A stretch of DNA of 60,361 nucleotides, the filler included, from Aduncisulcus paluster (Eukaryota), in NCBI GenBank assembly GCA_024181965.1. It is 4 parts of 4 records of this genome, joined end to end, with 100 filler letters (N's around TTAATTAATTAA, not from the genome) between each part and the next. Parts side by side here need not be neighbours in the genome. Positions count along the whole stretch, not along the records: positions 45,128 to 60,361 come from BQXS01010923.1; 3 more parts are not named here. One strand, 5' to 3'. A program made the position numbers and the translations under genes. The notes beneath the pieces were generated by a model, which saw nothing but the letters and a program-made list of their open reading frames with translations, was not told the origin of the DNA and did no database searches. Shown here one piece after another: positions 55,701 to 60,361 of this stretch. Positions within the stretch are counted from its first letter, which is position 1, and each line of letters begins with the position of its first letter.

Positions 55701-56598
55701 CACGTTCATAAATAGCCTGTTTCACAGCATGTTGAAGACGTCTCATCCTTTTTTGAGTGACGCAGAGTCTGGCAAATACAGGATCATCCTTTGGAAGTCT
55801 TATATCTTTCCCCTTCACCAACAGATGGAGTGTGTTCCCATCAATGTAAGGATATTGAGGTCTTATCTCCTCCTCACTCTCCTCCTCTCTTGTCAACACT
55901 CTCTTTTCACCCTCCGTTTCTCCAATGTTTGTTCTAAAGAGTCCTCTCTTATCATCGTAGTCCTTGAGAATAGTCGAAGATCCCAACACAAGTAACTTCT
56001 CAATGCGGGTTCTCCACCTTGTCATTCCCCTCAAAGCACAATGGGCACTCGAGGCAGGTCGAGGGATACCATGTGACGATGAACAACCCTTGAGATAAAC
56101 GGACACAGGAACAGGAGGAATGATATCCAATGAACACGACGGGATAGTTAGCACAGGGGGATCGGGCATGGGTGGGCGAGGAACAGAGGCCATGACATCT
56201 TCAAGTGTCAGTGAAGGATCAGAAACTTGGGAAGTTACATTAAGATCTTCACTTCTTCCTTCCTCTTCCTCTTCCTCTTCCTCCTTTTCCTCCTTTTCCT
56301 CCTTTTCCTCCTTTTCCTCTTCTTTTTTCTTCAGCTTTAGTGAGGATAGTTCCTCTTTCTTTTTCTCGACTTCTCTTAACCACTGGGTTTCTCTGAGCCT
56401 TGATTCATTGAAATAATCACGCTGTTTCTTAAACTGCTCCAAAATAGTCAACGATAGAGTTATAGGAACTTGCGTATTGATAAAATTCACCATGTGTTTC
56501 CAAAACTCACGACTTAATTTCTCTTCTTGTTCTTTAATTTCTTTTGCTTTCTTTCTTTTGTCCTTTTTGAGAGAGTCGCAGAATTGTCCAGGGGATTT
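49765..56598 (-). CDS. GTF3C1: TFIIIC B-block-binding subunit, C-terminal part (frame-split from the upstream ORF)
   Basis: The 2242-aa ORF frame stays open back to 56598 and overlaps the upstream ORF; winged-helix-like C-terminus. Assignment rests mainly on continuity with the N-terminal part. Includes a duplicate at gap 50915-50934. Confidence 0.6.
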   Translation of the reverse strand, partial: KSPGQFCDSLKKDKRKKAKEIKEQEEKLSREFWKHMVNFINTQVPITLSLTILEQFKKQRDYFNESRLRETQWLREVEKKKEELSSLKLKKKEEEKEEKEEKEEKEEEEEEEEGRSEDLNVTSQVSDPSLTLEDVMASVPRPPMPDPPVLTIPSCSLDIIPPVPVSVYLKGCSSSHGIPRPASSAHCALRGMTRWRTRIEKLLVLGSSTILKDYDDKRGLFRTNIGETEGEKRVLTREEESEEEIRPQYPYIDGNTLHLLVKGKDIRLPKDDPVFARLCVTQKRMRRLQHAVKQAIYEREGYVIKFYDPTLELDMNDDVIPATMDIEEEESTISDDPWNIRNLHALCTYSPLPVPIFCSSAAWSVSEVRANTHLKLGVAPLVMNSSACSSACFHDIIEWPLLREFDESLDPVHHPLLFSPNPHPVPFGTCSHSFTLPPVHPSNIQRYDHLTHHNSSTLRFVSVLVKLGWAIPVGNIKADRLSASTLPLLDDFAEFPIDSINHDILYVLANRILVPTMLYDGEKVIMCISRKQWEEEWENVWLKRQGWYKHPKEMHAKLKSRSRDQIPVPPIPPISPQIVDIHSISDVDKAFALLSANISQLIIQIVRDRHFESYSAIIRTNSNVFPQVLKELFLRRDWFEDVRDVGKVVVCARNETEATHLLELEKKKVWEEEDRFKEIFGMEVAQKVFYDPNSFFQNQAHLHNVKEEAELEDEDEEEEMEEEEDILEGEEIEELDIAKDDQGNVIVTSTRSLFRSFVPLNQIYSSIFPTPPMMSSGIKFHQMKKWKKRWFQYDRTMEIEALGEDSDDIREREERERAIEEKKKKRKDALLEKRKKKAELMYKMSAQEKAEEKEQRRQEKEAKMKEKRAKVAQQKEEEKRIRDEKNQTASSQAFQEEQRKIERRREIAKNVAANAITLPETASLFSDVVPSTRNLILEHASNTTTQMVIGDHDLTLQQQQEREEKEKEGEKDRTTEETVTTTESNVSSMTQLQTDAEEEQEINEFEEDQALTQIIDKLLLSIESTFLHQGAVEIPPLIAIFLRLVLSYRSTRSVDKHHGSTDWRKMEEERKYVNARRTEARLRNRVKPPVIQRLYASLLLVNSLENSLRDHGVTSNDLRTLWKQREIFVSKESSGNGAEKEPEEVDVSTFPPDMHVIPMIRLISTFKANVFHVVFPFSLRFSRSLSCVASHSTLNASPHHLYSISSCLPILASRYRESIAVRESICSDMSYTPFSITRLCRGLDVEYSIDFPYALLYLGLGGVMREKKSVSYPSISSSSVKTIKYPRTIATSDSNPLKSNTMLIPLIESTPLSLSMLPHCITASHANSLLKLCLPTTIIGGALVSTSLIWSNESMDITDGKEEAEEENTSALDEVLGIDGKERRKDARRLLRKQFKGSKSYTTQYNMNEDEEEDEEDEEDEESTNIMFGAMSEPEELSQEMHKDAINRNETSLVQVPELKNVFNLLSIPLASFLPQGFSLGVICEFLRGRIRVTSWNSISNHEKALSTSSEQSSILNQGDSTDGNAVSSPSASVSAGKRRVLSSKSNKPTSNETSTENDEFPLTISSGVRRLVTHQEWGATNEKEDDVEEEERKVRLWRIQIDRQKEKERMVPTIIELNEEGRREEERDMQEERGEKEKEPAFIVCRPTIEQISFISDALRGLDSFSLSAQVRLTVEEELACVFNERKDILGTTIEKEEEEEEEKKECEEEEEREEEPIKIAKLNKDTLSLFPVLSSSRLLSRFLAPPYNYNPYSLFQLICLVLGLIIESGETGILHSSLTSKISTPIKNIIDPLPFTSFTSSTPNTGDLVDAYSNVSSIKSLCTSIPLDSDGQFLLSSILSFLYYHCSILAIGAQSRAWTFRTAQKWHFSSSQLKKHANENISQPSLXXXXXXXTSSTPNTGDLVDAYSNVSSIKSLCTSIPLDSDGQFLLSSILSFLYYHCSILAIGAQSRAWTFRTAQKWHFSSSQLKKHANENISQPSLDSFDSASGKTQLSFLSFNLGLWHGLCGIDGEMVKVRPKELLKMKRGEGRGSRHRSRKEQPPTPTSTILESGGDQTDTTKDSSSKHRHSHRRHKTPSSSSTEQVDDWREVEVEQYEDGTEMISINVQSEFIGRKPGAASTGFSKAAVHPLCSSSYPLSPFSPMFLNEGSQTKMEEEDLFHKRAIHHNGLYNSIIRNAIISNCYRFGSCSIGKICSFIPTVSKSDVRRVVNVMLLDDVIRAYCVYVPNVQVCSSDEKDMIRIRIHDVWNIVPIDGYRYKIFLELNGSSDFFFSGLE

Positions 56599-59595
56599 TC
56601 AGGGTTAAGAATAGATTCTTCAGACTGAACAGTGCGATCGGTTGTTTGATCGTTTTCAGTATCCTCATGCATTTCATTTTCGGGAACAATACTTTCAGGA
56701 GCATGATCCAATAGCCACTTACCATAAAATGTTTGATAGTCAACCCCGCCAATCGTGATTTGTTCAGATTTCCAACAGTCCAGGAGAGCTCTGAAAATAG
56801 TCTTCCTATCAATTTGTCTGACCCTTTGAGGGATCGAAGGGATGTAAGGAAGGTCTTTCTCTTCATCGTCTCCAAATATTATCGAAGACGAGGAGGAAGA
56901 GGAAGAGGAGGAGACAAAGCCAGATGATGTACTGAGAGAACTCTGTGATTTACGAGGAGATGCTAGGAAGTAATCTTCAGCATCAAGAAGAGCAGAAAGC
57001 CCACCTGTCTTTCTTCTTGTTTTCGCCCTTTCTTCTCTCCACTTGCCTTCCTCTTCTTCAGCCCATTCACGTTGCCTTCTTGCCAATTCTCTTTTTTCCT
57101 CGTGTTGGATTCGACGCAATTTCTCAGTGTTTCTTTGTTCCGTCACAGTCTCAAATTCCACCCATGATTGCAGACTTGCTTTAAGTACTTTGATTGTTAT
57201 AGTGGGTCGAGTTGAAGGTATCCAGGCTTCGTGAGAAATTGAATATGGAGTTAGTTCGAAAGGTACAAGAAGAGACACAATGAAAGAATTCATTTTAGAT
57301 CGATCAAAGGACATTTGAGCACCTTTCTTTGATGAAACAGAGGGAGATAATGCTGAGAGTTGAGCATGAGATGGATCACCGGAGGGGGGATTAAGAAGAG
57401 AAGAGGGTCCAAGGGGAGAAGATGGGGGTGGTCGGCTCAAACCGGCATTAGTATCGGTTGATACCGGTTGTTGGGACAGATAAGGAGTGAGAACTGTTTG
57501 TTTTTCTGATGGTAATGATGGAATATGTTTCAAGAATTCCAATGAAACCTCATCAGAGTAGGATTCTGATGATTGAAGTTGAATTTCTCCCTCATCAAGT
57601 CTTGGAATATCATCCAATATTGTAGAATTATCAAATATCTTAACATCTCCAAGAGTCGGCTGTGAGAATTTGGCCCATCGTCTCTTGAAATCCATCCTTG
57701 CCCTTTTCCTCTCATTATCTATTCTTTGGAATGTAGACTTCCACCCATGCCACCCGGATACTTTTTTCATTTTCATTAACTCCCCACGCAAAAATGTTGC
57801 CCTGGATTCTGTGGAAAGGCTATAAAACATATGATGTTGCTTATCAACAAGTTTCTTGATAGATTCGAGTTTCCAGGACTTCGCAATGATATCAAGCTGT
57901 TTCCTGGCCATTTTTGAACACCTCCTTGGGAGATGATCAAGAAGAAGGAATAGGTTGAGAGTATCCGAATGTGTGAAAGAAGATAGGATGATTGAAGGGA
58001 TGGAGAAGAAGAGAGTAGATACTATTCCTCGATATGAAAATGCATTCGTAACAGGATTGGAACACACAAAGCGCTTGAGAGAAGAAGAAGGTTCAGAGGG
58101 TGATGACATGGCTTTTGAGGATAATATTGGGTAATTATGTTGTGAAGCTTGAAGAGAAGTGGCACTATCTTGACGTTGGATAGAGTGTAAGTCAGTTAGG
58201 TGCTCAGCCTCTGCTGGGGCATTCTCAAGGTTCTGAATGACTGGACATAGAAAACACATTCGTTTCCCTCTGACTTCTTTCTTAAGAATTCCTTGCTCAA
58301 CAACATTTCCACTGCCACAATTCATAGTCACAAGGGCAAAAGAATGCGTAACAGGGGTGTAGGGGTTGAAAAGAACATTAGGCGGATCAATACCGTATGT
58401 TGTGGAATCAATACCGTCTAAAACCGGTGAAGATGAGAGATCCTCGGGGGTTGGGGATTTAGAAGATGTTTTGACTTGCTCACGGCGTAATGTTCCATCA
58501 TTCCAGAGGGTAATTGCTTCCCTAATATTCTGAATAAGCCTCTTTGTGCATGCAACTTTGGCATCGGGTCCCATTAAATCCTTTGTATATTTCCCCAAGA
58601 ACTCTATGAATGGATTGAGGGGAACTGGCATAGAGTGCGAAAGAAGAGGTGGGAGAATAGCTTTGATATTTTCAAAAATAAGTGAGATGGGAAGGGAATC
58701 GGAAGGGAGTCCATAGTCGTTGGGAATGTCATCAGGAGATATCAACAGTAACTTAGAAGTTTTAAAACGACGCCTCTCTGCTTTAGAAAATTTATAAGAT
58801 GATTTCTTTTTACCTTTTTGAGTCGAATGTTCACCAGACTCTTCAATTTGAAATTTTTCCCAATAACGAAGCATATACACATGTAGGGCCTCTATAATAG
58901 AAGTTTTCAAGACGAGTGGGCAATCAACATCTGAGAATCTGGGTTGAGGTTGGGGGGCGAAAGGTTTTAAAAATACAAAATTACTTGGTTTTCTAAGTTT
59001 ACCATCTCGAATGGTTGCTCGAACAATGATATTTTCTTCAATGAGTGGTAAAAGGGATGAAAACATTGATGCCGGAGACAATTTAACTGTTTTCGAAAGA
59101 CAAACCTGATCCACTCCTTTTTCTCTAGAACGTCCTACAGCATCTAATATTTTAATAACAACATCAATGGGCTGTAAAAATGAAGAATAATTCCAAGCTT
59201 TCAAGATAAGCGAAAATCTAGCAACTATAGAGTCCTGTTTAGCAGTAATGTGGGGCAAAAGGAGAAGATCCTTCCATAATTGATTTAATATTTCATCCGA
59301 TACATTTATATTGTGATATTTAACTAGCAATTTTGATAGACGGGATTTGTCAGTGCCTATATGTATAATTAAGAAGAAACGGAGCAAAACCAATATAAAA
59401 TAAAGAATATAAGATTAATTGGCAAGTTATTAGTTATGAAAGATAAAAAAGTTAGTTGATCTAATCAATAAATCATTTAAAACACAAGTAAAACGCAAAA
59501 TCGCATATACAATACATACCTTCTTTTCCATCCAAAGCCACCTCTCTCAATGCTATTTTAGTCAATTTGCCATATGATATCGGTGGAGTTGACAT
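56514..59595 (-). CDS. GTF3C1: TFIIIC B-block-binding subunit (Tfc3/tau138), N-terminal part; intron 59357-59519
   Basis: Exon 1 ..ALREVALDGKEG (cf. LLDEVALEGLDG), GTATGT..ATAG intron, ILDAVGRSREKGVDQVCL (B-block domain), IDRKTIFR motif. Confidence 0.8.
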
Positions 59596-59897
59596 TATAA
59601 ATATTGCAGAGGGTACAAAAGGACATAAATGAGGTAGAGCACCATATAACAATATTCTATTATTTTTAGTCATTTTGGTTATCATAATTTGTTTAATGTT
59701 TTAAAAATTTAAATACAATATTGTGCTACATTTATGAATTACGGTGCTATATCGTTTTTGTTCCTAGCTGGAAATGAGTATTAATCAAATAAGTTTCCTA
59801 TCTCAAATCATTTTTATTGTACTATTTATGAAACAAATATCTTATTATATCTTGAATAATAATATTGTCGGACAAATTGATTATTTTGGATTGCAAT

Positions 59898-60361
59898 ATG
59901 GAGCCCTTCCAAAAGAGTATCAGTCTTATAAGCGAACTAATTACCAAGATCGAGAGTGAATCCGGAATTTCTGCGCCAATCACTGCTATAAAGCCCATAG
60001 AAAAGAAAGAAGAAAAGGTCGAGAAGAAGGAAAAGAAAGAGAAGAAGGAAAAGAAAGAAAAAAAAGAAAAGAAGGAGAAGAAGGAGAAGAAGCCAAAAAA
60101 TAAGACCCCAGCTGTTAAGTGCCCACCTTTGGTTCAATCTTTCCACAAGGCTGCCATTGTTTGTGGAAAAGTCACAAAATGTGTTCCCCTGGAAGGTAGT
60201 GAGAAGCTCTTCCTCTGTCAACTTCAAATCAGTGAATCTGAAAGTCGTGAACTTGTGACTGGTCTTCAACATTATTATGAGGCCTCCGAACTTGAAGGAA
60301 AGATGGTTGCTTGTATCGTTAACTTGAAGCCAGCTAAACTCGCAGGTGTCATGTCTTATGC
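59898..60361 (+). CDS. tRNA-binding OB-fold protein (Arc1p/AIMP1/EMAP II-like), runs off window end
   Basis: MEPFQKSISLISELITKIE.., (EKK)n linker, then IVCGKV..SEKLF..RELVTGLQHYY..LEGKMVACIVNLKPAKLAGVMS. Absent from the ORF track because it has no stop in the window. Confidence 0.9.
   Translation, partial: MEPFQKSISLISELITKIESESGISAPITAIKPIEKKEEKVEKKEKKEKKEKKEKKEKKEKKEKKPKNKTPAVKCPPLVQSFHKAAIVCGKVTKCVPLEGSEKLFLCQLQISESESRELVTGLQHYYEASELEGKMVACIVNLKPAKLAGVMSY

Overview
AT-rich, intron-poor eukaryotic (protist) DNA read with the standard genetic code. From memory, the expanded beta-sandwich repeat family resembles the free-living fornicate Aduncisulcus paluster; this is an unverified inference. 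The window is four unlinked scaffolds joined by artificial N44-TTAATTAATTAA-N44 spacers (9591-9690, 33679-33778, 45028-45127). Six 20-N gaps have duplicated flanks (unmerged overlaps). Scaffold 1 (1-9590) is a transposon graveyard of nested Ty3/gypsy gag, protease and RT-RNase H pieces plus hAT transposase fragments. The rest is gene-dense: a ZIP transporter, a kinesin-like protein with degenerate motor motifs, RMND5/Gid2, MOK kinase, an FCP1-type HAD phosphatase, DRG2, a spliced MPP6-like gene, a very large frame-split TFIIIC B-block-binding subunit, a tRNA-binding OB-fold protein and a lineage-expanded repeat-domain family. Two DNA transposons can be delimited exactly by TIR plus TSD. One is an 835-bp hAT-type MITE 25 bp upstream of RMND5. 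The other is a 2.9-kb CACTA/EnSpm-type element with a deleted transposase and an intact convergent accessory ORF. Five short introns, all at gene 5' ends, were reconstructed by hand.
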